A DNA stretch of 64,000 bases from Chrysomallon squamiferum (Eukaryota; Animalia; Mollusca), in assembly GCA_012295275.1 (NCBI GenBank), contig CM022672.1:33790001-33854000 (forward strand). Reading direction: 5' to 3'. Positions 1 through 13,233 of this stretch are shown here, piece by piece. Made by a program: the position numbers and the translations under genes. Below the pieces are notes generated by a model, which was given only the letters and a program-made list of their open reading frames with translations, searched no databases and was not told where the DNA came from. Within the stretch, counting starts at the first letter, position 1. Each line of letters begins with the position of its first letter.

Positions 1-678
1 TAGAAGAACAAAAACAAGAACACTAACAAGAACAAGAAGATAATATATTAATATTATTATCATTATTATTATTATTATTTAAAAATGAAAAAGAAACAAC
101 AAATGGACTCTATTTTGTGTTCATTTGAATCATTAGAAAGACTTTAAAATTACAGACTCAGTCTTTCATGACTTTTTAATTAACCCACTAACTTTGCTTT
201 CTAGTATCAAATTAAAAGACACTTATTACATTGTTTATCAGTTTAAATCTCAGTATTTTAGTTCACTGAAAGCTAAACTGAGAAACCATTAACTGTTTGA
301 ATAATCTACCCACACTGAAATCAGTCACATAAAAAAAAAAAAAAAAGTAATTATAAAAATATTACCAGTGATGTTGTAATAGTTTCAGAAAAAGATTAAT
401 ATAAATAATTTAATTATACTGGAGCAAGATGGATGTTTTTTTATTCAACTTTGTACTTACAAATCCCTGGAAATTCAAACTAACAACTTCTTGTAGAGAG
501 ATATTCTTGTGAACTAGCAAATAGTTTGTGATATGTACATCAATTTGTATGTATGTTAGGAATATTTTGCAATATACACATTTGAAAATTATTGCCAATT
601 TTTTCTTTTTAGTAACTGGAAGAGAAAACTGCATAAATAAATAAAATAAATAATTAAATAATTTCTGAATGTCTGTAC

Positions 679-856
679 ATGTGTGTGTGTGTGTGTGTGT
701 ATGTGTGTTTTGTGTGTGTGTGTGTGTTGTGTCTGTATGTGTATGTGTGTATGTGTCTGTGTGTATGTGTCTGTGTGTATGTGTGTATGTGTGTGTGTAT
801 GTGTGTATGTGTGTGTCTGTGTGTGTGTGTGTGTGTGTCTGTGTGTGTGTGTGTGT

Positions 857-895
<39 letters not shown>
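679..895. repeat. (TG)n compound microsatellite
   Basis: Direct reading. Confidence 0.95.
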
Positions 896-1012
896 TGTTT
901 TAAATGTAACACTTTCTGTGTGGTTACATGTTTTCTGTGTTGGTGTGTGTTTTTTTTTGATGCTTTCCAGGGTCTCTCACCCTGGTCCCCACCACTTGTC
1001 AAACTCCCCTCA

Positions 1013-1087
1013 TTATCCCCACCACTTGTCCCAGCCTGACAGCCTGACACGCCTCAGAGTCTTGTACTTCATCCTCTCATCTGCAAA
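1013..1087 (-). CDS. raskol: Coding exon 3 of the RasGAP-like gene (FADERMKYKTLRRVRLSGWDKWWG*); ends in an in-frame TAA as assembled, and the exon may extend to the donor at 981
   Basis: Acceptor ttgttttgtctcag| with phase-0 entry from exon 2; the other two frames close within a few codons. 'RVRL' lies at the spacing from 'SEE' that I recall for raskol. TAA is at 1015-1013 and a good donor CAGG|gtgaga is at 981/980. Confidence 0.75.
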   Translation of the reverse strand, partial: FADERMKYKTLRRVRLSGWDKWWG

Positions 1088-1123
1088 CTGAGACAAAACA
1101 ACAATTAAAAAATACATCTCATA

Positions 1124-1385
<262 letters not shown>

Positions 1386-1851
1386 AATTACATAGATGTA
1401 CATCTCTCCATTTCACTCTTTGTTTTCTTCTCTTTTTATTTCTTATGATGTGTCTCTCTGTATTTCTGTATATGTTCGTTTGTGTGTCTGTGTTTGTTAT
1501 ATTTATGTATGTCTGTCTCTGTGTGTGTATGTAAGTGTTTGCATGTCTTTGAGAGAGTTTTGTATTTCTGCATGTGTTTATAATCTGTGTTTTGTTGCTT
1601 ATATTTACGTATACTCTGTATATATTTATGTATGTTTGTGTGTATGTGTTTATATTTGTAAGTTTTCTGTGTGCCTGTGTGTCTGGGTGTCTGAGAATGG
1701 ACATAGTTCTTCTGAATGTATATGTGTATTTATATTTATGCATGCATCTTCTGTGCCTGTGTATGTTCTGTACGTGTGTATGTGTGTAGTACGTGTGTGT
1801 GCACTGATTCATTCTGTTCAACAACAACACCATGTAGGTAACGCTGCTGAC

Positions 1852-1976
1852 CTCCTCACTGCGGTGACAGGTGAGGACGCCGATGTCCTGCAGCAACACG
1901 CAGAAGAAACGTTCCCACAACACCAGCGGCTGCTTCCCGTCTCGGAAAACTCGTTTAGATGTCTCATTGTCTACTC
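1852..1976 (-). CDS. raskol: Coding exon 2 of the RasGAP-like gene (G-VDNETSKRVFRDGKQPLVLWERFFCVLLQDIGVLTCHRSEE)
   Basis: GC- and CpG-rich island within repeats, with acceptor ctattttcag| and donor GAG|gtcagc. Its 125 nt (2 + 41 codons) enter in phase 1, matching exon 1, and leave in phase 0. 'WERFFCVLLQD...LTCHRSEE' is a PH beta2-beta3-like motif that I recall in invertebrate raskol-type RasGAPs. Confidence 0.88.
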
Positions 1977-2296
1977 CTGAAAATAGACAGAATATCTTGT
2001 ATTTAAACCTGTATACAGTTATATATATATACATAGTATTGTGTATTGTGTATTGTGTATTAACCCCTTGAGTCTCAGGCAACACATTATGTACCACTGT
2101 CTAATGTGTATTAACAGGGTTTTTTAAGCCTTTGAAACCCGTGTGTCAATATGAAAACTACACAAAACTACCTGTATTTAAACTGTATGTATACTTATAT
2201 ATATGTATATACATAGTGTGTAGGGTTGTGTATGGCCTGGGAAGTCAACAACTTGAATAAACTGAGTCTACTTAGCAGGACAAGTTGATACTGCAT

Positions 2297-2330
<34 letters not shown>

Positions 2331-2344
2331 AATTCAGTTTCAGT

Positions 2345-2728
2345 CAGCATCTCCCTTGTAACAAGATTTCAGGCATCCCTTATACATTCCTGTAACTGTT
2401 AATGTGGAGGAGCACCATCTTGTTGGGAAAAAAAACAATCATGTTAAGCTAAAGCAGTTCTGTTATTTCTTGAATCTCAAGTTCCCTGATAGACAGGTAG
2501 GTCTTTGAGGAAGACCTCTGGATTTTTGACACCTGTGACTTCTTTCTGTGTGGCTTCCTGAAAAGCAAAGTCTGTGCATCAAAGCCCAGAAGTGTTGAAG
2601 CGTTAGAGGAACATGTAAGGAATCTTGTTACAAGGGAGATTATGATCGGAGTTGGAGAGGAATGCTTGAAGAGGTGGGCAATGTGTCTTGAAAAAGAAGG
2701 TGCTCACTTTGAAGTCTACGGAGCCTAA
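2345..2728. mobile_element. Rearranged Tc1/mariner-superfamily transposase relic (two fragments in opposite orientation)
   Basis: The plus strand at about 2535-2728 translates to CDFFLCGFLKSKVCASKPRSVEALEEHVRNLVTREIM...RWAMCLEKEGAHFEVYGA*, a typical C-terminal DDD/E transposase segment. The minus strand at about 2430-2345 gives QQDGAPPH followed by a second NLVTREM copy. Confidence 0.8.
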
Positions 2729-3851
2729 GAAAACAGAAGATAGTGATTTTTTCATCAAGGGACAAATTTTAGTAGTCTATAGAAAGTTCAAGACTAATTT
2801 TGTTCAAATCTGAAAAGCTGTTTTTATTTAATTAAAATTTAAAAGTGTAGCGGATAACATTAATTTTGGTCAATGCCCTCATTATTTCCATAATAAATAA
2901 AAATTCAAAAAAACCCATCCTACCAGTTTTATTTACACTGAGAAATCCATAAACAAATGCTGAGAATTTAATTAACTGACACACATATATATATATACAT
3001 ATATACAAACAAGTTCATATATAAAATCAAATATAGCAGATTATGTGAAGTCAGTGACCTCATCAGATTAGTAAATAAAAAATTGAAAATTTATTTTATT
3101 TATCTTGAACAATCTATAAACATACACTCAGATTTTAATTAATTTCACCGAACTACTTTTAGAAAATAAATAAACATTTAAATCTACATCACAAATTTCT
3201 GAGATCAGTATCAAACACACACACACACACACACAGACACAGACACACACAGACACACTGACACACTCAAACACTTTTTATGTTTGTATATTTATAATTA
3301 GGGTCATAATAAAATGTTGATATAACAAATATTGTTCAAGTCAAAGCCCTCATTATTTATAAATCAGCAATAAAATAAAAATAATAATATTCAGAAATGT
3401 GCAGGCAAATCACTCAGAATTTAATTAATTTGTCCCCAGGTGTTTTACAAAATAAACAAACATTTAAATTTAAATTACAAATTGATTTCAGCTGCAATAT
3501 CTGTGTCAGGTAAGTGAGATCGTATTGTTTAATATACAGGTGACTGTTTATTGAAATCTTTAATTAATGTGTGTGTTTGTGTTTGTGTTTTTGTATGTTT
3601 GTGTGTGTTTGTGTGTATGTGTGTGTGTGTGTGTGTGTATAAATATTTCTTTGTAAGAAAACAATAAATAATAACTTAAAAGTAAAAAGTATAATACAAT
3701 GAAACAGAGTGAAAGAAAAAAGAGAATGACCTTTTTACTAATGAGAATAAAAAAACTAGTTTATCATAGACTCATTCTTTTGAGTTTATTTCTAATTGAA
3801 AGCATTGACCCTGTTAATGAAACCAGAAAACTGTATTGGATAATAAACCTC

Positions 3852-3945
<94 letters not shown>

Positions 3946-4284
3946 AAGAAAAAAGAGAAAAAATCCACCTTACATTAAACTCAACAACATTTTAATAACA
4001 TTTGTATTTATCTGTGTAAGTATTAAATATTTAAATAATATATTTGACTTGTTTTTGTACTTAAATACTGAAGTTAGATATTAATATATCTGTTTTTGTT
4101 ACATAAATATTTGAATAGTTTAATACTGTGTTAAATAAAATATATATATTTGTGATGTTGTTGTTATATACAAATGTATGTAGGTAAATATTAATATATT
4201 TGTTTTTGTTGCATACATATTTAAGTATATACCAGTGTTAGGTATTAAAACATTTGTCTTCTCATTGTATTTATTACAAGTAGT

Positions 4285-4286
4285 TA

Positions 4287-4326
<40 letters not shown>

Positions 4327-4735
4327 TTAATAATAATAATAGTAATATTAATAATAATAGTAATAATAATAGTAATAATAATAGTAATAATAATAATAAT
4401 AGTAATAATAATAGTAATAATAATAATAATAGTAATAATAATAATAATAATAATAACAATAATAATAATAATAATAATAATAGTAATAATAATAGTAATA
4501 ATAATAATAATAGTAATAATAATAATAATAATAATAGCAATAGTAATAATATAAATAGTAAAAGTAATAATTATAATAACTAATAACTAATAACAGTAAT
4601 AATAACAGTAAGTTATAACAATAATAATAATAGTAAAGTAATAACAATATTAATAATAACAATAATAATAGTAATAATTATAATAATAATAGTAATAATA
4701 ATAATAATAATAGTAATAATAATAATAAAATATAA
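4285..4735. repeat. (AAT)n/(AGTAAT) compound microsatellite
   Basis: Direct reading. Confidence 0.95.
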
Positions 4736-5239
4736 TAAAAATATTAATAAAAAGAAGGAGAAGAAGAAAAAATATATTTCTGTAGTCATTGTTATGCACA
4801 TATATTTAAATAGTTAAATACACATATTATTAAAAGACTGTATATTCAGGTGTAATGTACATTTACAACAGTCTGTGTATATATATATGTATATATATAT
4901 ATTTAATTATTATTTAATAATACTTTTATACTCTCACTGTTATACACAAATATTTAAATAGTTAAATACACATATTATTAAAATACTCTGTATATTCAGA
5001 TGTAATGTACATTTACAGCAACCTGAGTATATTTATATATTTAATAATTATTACTTAATAATACATACAGACTCCCACTGTTAATTACATATATTTAAAC
5101 AGTTAAATACATGTTATTACTTTGTCTGTAATGTGTATTTACACAAGTCAGGTACACACACAATGTGTGTATATTTATATATTTAATTGTTGTTATCTTT
5201 GTCTCACTGAGGGTTCATGTACACTCAGCTCTCTGGGAA

Positions 5240-6315
5240 TTACATTACAGACCCAATGGTTTGTTTTAGAACAAAGTAAACACATTTAGACCAAATAAAT
5301 AGATTAGACTATATCGTTGTGTCTACGCCATATATACAGAATTGGATAGTGTGTGTGTGTGTGTCTGTGTGTGTGTCTGTGTTTGTGTATGTGTGTGTAT
5401 GTGTGTATGTGTGTTGATTATATATATATATATATATATATATACTGAGTATCTAGGAGTTACATTGGAAACACAGTAGTTTGTTTTAGGACTAAGTAAA
5501 CACATTTAGGACAGATAAATTGGTTTGATGCTATAGACTGGAACACAGCTGACTTGTGTATTGGACCTATGCCATATACAATGGGCTGGATATGGTTTAC
5601 TTATGTGTGTCATGTCTGTCTGTGTGTTATGTGTGTCTGACTGTGTGCATGTGTGTGTGTGTGTTTTGTTTGAAAATTTGAAAATGTGCATTTGTTCAAG
5701 TATTTGTTTGTTTATGTGTGTGTGTCTCTCTGTGTGTGTGTGTGTCTGTGTGTGTGTGTGTGTGTGTCTGTGTATGTGTGTGTGTGTGTGTGTGTCTGTG
5801 TACTGTTTTTGTGAAATATATATATATATATATATACAGAATATCTAGGAATTACACTGGAAATACAGTAGTTTGTTTTAGGACTAAGTAAACACATTTA
5901 GGACAGATAAATAGGTTTGATGCTGTAGACTGGAACACAGCTGACTTGTGTATTGGACCTACGCCATATACAATGGGCTGGATATGGCTTGTTTATGTAT
6001 ATCATGTCTGTCTGTATGTTATGTGTGTGTGTGTGTGTCTGTGTGTGTGTGTGTGTGATGTTTTAAAATCTGAAAATGCACATTTGTTCAAGTGTTTGTT
6101 TATGTGTGTGTGTGCAAGTTTGTGCATATATCTGTCTGTGTGTTTTTCAGTATTTTCTGTGACAGTTGATATATATACTCAGTTTTTTTGTTTTTTTCTG
6201 TTGTGTTAAAAACCCAATAATTTGTTTGAGGACAAAGTAAATATATTTTGGCAAACTAAACAGTTTTATTGTTATGGTCTAGGATATATCTGTTTTATTA
6301 CATTGCACTGAAATG

Positions 6316-6350
<35 letters not shown>

Positions 6351-6600
6351 GTATGTATCATTTTGTTTTGTTTGAGTGTGTATGTGTATGTGTCCATGTG
6401 TTTAGGTGTGTGTGTTTTTTTATACATGTTTGTATTTGTGTGTGTCTGTGTGTCTGTGTGTGTGTGTGTGTGTTTTTTTCTGTTTTCTGTGACATTTGAT
6501 ATATACTCAGTTTTTCTCTGTTGTATTAGAAATACAATCTGTTTGAGAACAAAGTAAATATATTTAGACTAAATTATTTATTGTTACAGACTACAATACA
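5240..6600 (+). repeat. Degenerate tandem repeat of ~300-400-bp units with embedded (TG)n/(TA)n
   Basis: TTTAGGACTAAGTAAACACATTTAGGACAGATAAAT occurs at about 5485 and 5877 (about 392 bp apart), with more diverged copies near 5265, 6225 and 6545. Confidence 0.8.
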
Positions 6601-8060
6601 AATTTTTCTGCCACACACATACAACACACACACACACACACACATAAACACAGACATACATACATACACACACATACATACACACACACATACATACATA
6701 AACACAGACATACATACATACACACACATACATACACACATACATACACTCAGACATACATACATACACACACATACATACACACATACATACATACATA
6801 CATAAACACATACATACACATGCACACACACATACATATACATACATACATACATGTATGTGTTTGTTTGGAGTTAGTGTATAAATGTTTAATTAAAAAC
6901 AAGTCAGAACTCTAAAATAAATATTTTTTCCAATAACTGCTGTTAAAAATATGTTGCTTAATTAATGTCATGAAGAACAGCAGTATTGAAATATTTCAAA
7001 TTTATTTAGTGTTTATGTTCTGGAAATAAACTATAAATAACATTGTTAAAAATAATAAAAAAAAAAAAAAAAGCTAAATAAATAACATAAAATAAATAAA
7101 TGTTTCTATAACATTGTTACATATATCCAGTCTTCTTGTTACAAAACAGTTTTATATGCATTTAAATACTGATGTGTTCTAAATTATCTATCTGTCTGTC
7201 TGTCTATCTAACTATATATATATATATATACACACACATACACACGCATACATATATATACATATATATATACACATATATAAAGTATGTTAGTACATAT
7301 GTTTGTATGTTTGTATGTATATTTGATATTATCAAAATAAAGCAGTTATATCTACATCTATATATTTATGTATTTATATATGTACGTATGTGTGTGTATA
7401 TTTATATATATATATATATTTATGTTCTAATCTTTATATACATATATACACACAAAGTTACTGATGTTAACAAAATAAGAGAAGGTTTGTAACACAAACA
7501 AACTATTACACTGATGAGGAGAAATTTTTTTTTAAATGTTCTGACATTCACATCAACAGACTCACAACACTTAACCGAATCAAATCCCACGATTTCATTT
7601 TCTCTTTTCTTTCCACTCCACGAGTCCCTCACAATACTCCAACTATCACAACATCGTAAAGATCTGCAACGCACACAATTGACGCATTGTGTTTTTATTG
7701 ACAAGAAAATAAAGTTACAAGAATAAAGAGACAAATTGAAGTAGGTCATCAACTCGTTAGACTGGGATAATAATCTTATATCAGTGGTTTTGAAAAAAAA
7801 AAAAAAACTTTTCAATGGGGAATAAACTGATTGTGTGTGGGTTTGCGAAGTGGATGATGATGAAGATAAAAAAAAATTGAGGTGTTATGTGTTTTTGTTG
7901 AAAAGAAAAAGTTAAGAGGAAGAAATAGGTTATCAGATTGTTAGTCAAGGGTGACAAGTTTAATCAACAATTTTGAGAAAGTTTTGTGTAAGAAATAAAT
8001 ATTTGTGTGCATCTGTGTGTATGTGTGTGGGCATGTCTAGATAATATACTAAAACATGTT

Positions 8061-8152
<92 letters not shown>

Positions 8153-8717
8153 GAATATACATTTGATTTGTTCTGGTTTTATTAACAAGAAGAAAGATTT
8201 TCTCCCCCAAATTAGGTAAACTAATTGATGTAAGTTGACTGGTAATAACCTTATATTAGCAGTTTGAAAAACGTTTGTATAGGAAATAAATTTATCATAT
8301 AACTATGTGAAGAAATAATAAAGATTTAAAACAAACCAATTTAAAGTATTCTGTTTTTATTAATTAAAAAAAAAAAAAAAAAACAAGTTAAAATCTGATA
8401 TCAAGATAAATATAAAATATAAAATAAAACTGTTATATAACAGAACACATGAAATATCACACATATATCACTGTGGCAATGAAATCAAAATATGTAAATA
8501 CTTGAATATATCAGTATACATACAAACATTATATATATATATTTTATATATATACATTATCATCATATTACTCCAGATTGCAATAACAGACCATCTAAAA
8601 AAAAACACTGACATCATCAAACCATTCCAGTAATAGCAGCTGTTTTTTTATATCATATTAGCATGATATCACATACCAATTCTTGCTAGTACTGTTATGT
8701 CAAAATATTACAGTGCT

Positions 8718-9035
8718 TCAAGTTACCAGTCTATAGAAATAATGATGCAAGTTACCATTCTATAGAAATAATGATGCAAGTTACCAGTCTATAGAAATTA
8801 TACACATTACCAGTCTATGGAAATAATGACAGAAATTACCAATCTACAGAAATAATGAATCAAGTTACCAGTCTACAGAAATAATGAATCAAGTTACCAG
8901 TCTACAGAAATAATGAATCAAGTTACCAGTCTACAGAAATAATGAATCAAGTTACCAGTCTACAGAAATAATTATATGAGTGAGTTACCAGTCTATAGAA
9001 ATACATACACAAGTTATACCAGAATATAGAAATAA
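8718..9035 (+). repeat. ~29-bp minisatellite (CAAGTTACCAGTCTACAGAAATAATGAAT)
   Basis: About 10 tandem copies are visible. Confidence 0.9.
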
Positions 9036-10269
9036 TCATAATACTGACATATCACATACCTGACTATATCAATGGATACTAATGCTTTGAGACTGATATA
9101 TCACATACCAGACTATATCAGTGGATACTAATATACCTGACTATATCAATAGATACTAATGATACAAGACTGATATATCATATACCAGGCTATATAAATG
9201 GATACTAATGGATACTAATAACTGATATATATATATATATTTCTGTTATTACCAGCTATTGTACACAAAATGAGAAGACTTGTCTCTAACAAGCAAGAAA
9301 ACAGTTTTCACACAGTTGAGTACATTTCTCATTTTTTCTGTACACAGGTAAGCAAAGGCAATGAAAACATTTCGTAAGACATAGATCTGTTTACCTGTGG
9401 AAAACCTGTTTTCTTCTTTAATTCAAAAACTATTTATTAACTCTGATAAATCAGTCTGCTTTCATTTTGATTGCAATTTACTGATAAACTGTCTTCTGGT
9501 TCCAGACTCCTCTAAACTACACTGTTTTCTTTTATTATGTAGTAAGGGATTTTTTTTTGGTGGCTCAATTATATGATTACCTGGGCTGATGAATCAATTT
9601 GCAGGTGTGTTTGTAGATAAAGGTAAATTTGCACAAAGAGAAAGTAAACAAGTTAGAGAGTTTAAATTAATACTGACGAGAGCAAGACAAAGAATTAACT
9701 GTGATTATTTGTACTTACAAGCTGACACATGTAACAAGTATAGTAACATTCTGTTTTGTAACACATAACAAGTACAGTTAGTATTACATTCTGTGATGTA
9801 ACAGTGAAATAAAAAGAAATAATTAGAACTCTTTAACTATTACTATTGTCATTATTATTATTACTATTACTATTATTACTATTACTATTATTACTATTAT
9901 CGTTATTACTATTATTAGTAGTAGTAGTACTACTACTAATATTATTATTATTATTATTTTTGTTATTATTATTAATATAATTATTAATCATAACTACATA
10001 AAAAAATGATGATGATGATGATAATTGATAATGATGATCATAGTAATTAATTAATAATAATAACAATAATTAAAACAATAATAATAATAATAAAATAAAA
10101 ATAATACCACTAATAATAATAATTATCATATCATATCATTATCATAATCCATTATTATCATTATTATGATCATCATCACTGTTATTATAACGTTCATTGT
10201 TATTATTATCATCTTTATCATCTTTATGTTTTTGTTATTATCATTAACAAACAGTTGTAGTGTTTAGTT

Positions 10270-10420
10270 AGACCAGACCAACTCTCAAAAAGATGCCAAG
10301 TTCTTGAAGACTGAAATCATGGAACTGCTTCAAAGATGGAGAAATACAGTAGCACCAAATGTTAATTATATAGTTCAATAAATCTAATATTTAAATACTG
10401 TCTTTGAAGCTTCGATAAAC
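10270..10420 (+). mobile_element. Mariner transposase 3' end fragment
   Basis: Translates to ...SQKDAKFLKTEIMELLQRWRNTVAPNVNYIVQ*, resembling the mariner C-terminal pattern (F...GI..L..RW...V..NG.YI). A TA run follows. Confidence 0.6.
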
Positions 10421-10448
10421 TAACCTGTTATTAAATATACGTAATTAT

Positions 10449-10492
<44 letters not shown>

Positions 10493-10903
10493 GTGTGCTT
10501 TTCAATCTATTTGTGTATGTAGACAAACAATTTTTTCTAATATTATAATTTTTTTCTTTTTTTTTAAATTATTAAATTTTTTTTATTATTTTTTTTTTTT
10601 TTTTTTAGCTTATTATTATTATTTTTTTAGGTCTCTTGGAAAAAGAGAAAAAAAATGAATGTTTAAGTTTTACAGGATTAATTACAACAGTTAACAATTT
10701 AAAATATTCAGCCAGGAACACAACAGCTATAAACAGATCTGTTTCTACAGGTGTGTAAAAAATTCCACAACTTTTAATGTTTCAAGCAGCAAGAAATAAA
10801 ATAAATAAAAAGTAAACAAAGAAGGAAGTTATTTAATCTTTTGACATGCACCATAGAAACATAATCTCTAAAACTGAATGGCCTGTGTAAATATGTAGAT
10901 ATC

Positions 10904-10982
<79 letters not shown>

Positions 10983-11007
10983 GAGACAGAGAGAGAGACA
11001 GGGAGAC

Positions 11008-11039
<32 letters not shown>

Positions 11040-12419
11040 CAGAGAGCAAGAGAGAGAGAGAGAGAAAGAGAGATATATGTTGACAGGGAGACAGAGAGAC
11101 AGAATGTGAGAGACAGGGAGACACAGTTATCAGAAAAAGAGAGTTTCAATAAATCTACTGAGAAAATGTAGCAGTTAATGATCAAGGTGTTAAGTTATTT
11201 ATGTTTGTAAAAAAAAAAATAGTTAAATATAAAATTAAAAAAAGATGAAAAAAGAATTAATACAGTTGAAAGATATTTACCTGTGTATGTATGTCTGAGT
11301 GTGTATGGGGTGTGTTGTATGTGTTTCTGTTTCTCTATGTATTTATGGGTATGTATGTGTGTATATGTGTAAACCAGCTTATAAGTGTGTATATGTGTTT
11401 TGTATGTGTGTGTGTGCGTGTTTGGTGCAGTTGGATGTTTGCGTATACTACAAGTATGTTTATCTGTGTGTCTGTGCGTGTTTGTCTGTAGGTGTATCTC
11501 TTTGTGAATTTGTTTTAAAACAGATGCACCTGAGACCAAAGATTCCACAAAAAGATGACTTAAGCCTTTTTCTCTAAAGAGTGACACACAGAAAATTGGT
11601 GAAAAGAAAGAAGGAAAGAAAGAAAGAAAGAAAGAAAAATTACAGTTTCACTAATCTGTGAGATAAACTTTAATTATGACGCAGTTTTTTTTGTTTTGTG
11701 TTTCCAGTAAGTAAACATTCTTACACAGTCTGAGCAAACAGTTCAAAGTTTTTAATTTACCTGTCAGGTGAAACAGGTGTTAATCTGATTTCATTTCTAA
11801 TTAAATAATTATATCTGTCTGTCTGTCTGTCTGTCTGTCTGAATATCTGTTAGAAAATGTCACCTGTTCATAACAATTAGAATCAGGTGAGCAGTTACAG
11901 TTCTGTTGAAGTTAGATTAATATCTGTCTGTCTGTGTCTGTCTGTCTGTCTGTGTGTATGTGTGTCTGTCTGTCTGTCTGTCTGTATGTCTGTGTGTATG
12001 TCTGTCTGTCTGTCTGTCTGTATGTGTGTGTGTATGTGTGTGTGTGTGTATGTATGTATGTGTGTATGTATGTAGGTATGTATGCATCAGAAAATGGTAT
12101 ATGTTAATACTATTTCTCTTTCAATGAATGCATGTTACTAAATGTTAAATGAATATCACATTAAGATAATACAGGATGAATAAGAGCAGAGAAGATAGAG
12201 AGAATGAATGAATATGAAAAGATGGACAGAATGAATGAGTGTTGAGAAGAATAAATAAATATGAGATGGGCAGAACAAATAAAGATTGAAAGAATAAATA
12301 AATATGAGAAGATGGCAGAAGAAATAAATATAAGATGGACATAATAAATAAATACAGGAATACAGATAAATTAGAAGACAGATAAAAGGAATGATAAATT
12401 CTAAAAGACATAATCAACT

Positions 12420-12590
12420 TTTAATCATTGACTACTGTCAGAAACAATCAGTGTTTTAATCATCCAGTACTGTCAGAAACAATTAGTGTTTAATCATCCA
12501 CAATTGTCAGAAACAATCAGTGTTTAATCATCCACAATTGTCAGAAACAATCAGTTTTTGATCAACCACAATTGTCAGAGACAATCAATC
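12420..12590 (+). repeat. ~33-bp minisatellite (TGTCAGAAACAATCAGTGTTTAATCATCCACAAT)
   Basis: About 5 tandem copies. Confidence 0.85.
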
Positions 12591-13195
12591 TTTTTCTTTG
12601 GTGAATTGTCAGATTAAATAGTTTACATTTGACAGATTTAAGTATAGATGGATGATAAAAATGATAAGAATGATAAAATCGACAAAAAGAAATAAACATG
12701 ATGTGATGTAGACAAAAAAAAAAAAATTTAAACCATGAACAAAAAATAAATAAATAAATAAATAAATAAATAAAATAAAATAAATTTACAAACAGATAAA
12801 CAGACAGAAATTAATTAAAACAAACAGATGATTAGATTACACAAGCAAAATACATAATAAATAAATAAATAAAAAGATTAAAAAAAACAATTGTTTCGTG
12901 ATAAACGTAGACTTGGACTAATGAATGCTGGGTAAACGAACGTTCAGACAGACAGACAAATGAACAGACACACAGTCGCACAGACATAAATCAACAGAAC
13001 TGGACAGCTGTAAATACTGTGGTTGTTTGACGACGTTTGGCTGAAGGGGTAATTTGGTAAAGTGAAATAGTTGAACAAAAATCAATAAATCAATAATTGG
13101 GAAATCTGCGTGTACTGTTTATTCTGACCATTTTCTTATTTGAACAGTTTGTAACCGAAAAACGAAAAGGAAACAGAAAAAAGGGAGAAAAATGT

Positions 13196-13233
<38 letters not shown>

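Noticed and set aside
1396-1980. Plus-strand ORF ending HVGNAADLLTAVTGEDADVLQQHAEETF...
   Set aside because: It is the antisense shadow of RasGAP exon 2; the splice sites and homology are on the minus strand.
8718-9035. CRISPR-like array of ~29-bp repeats
   Set aside because: The repeats are head-to-tail with no unique spacers, the context is eukaryotic, and there are no cas genes.
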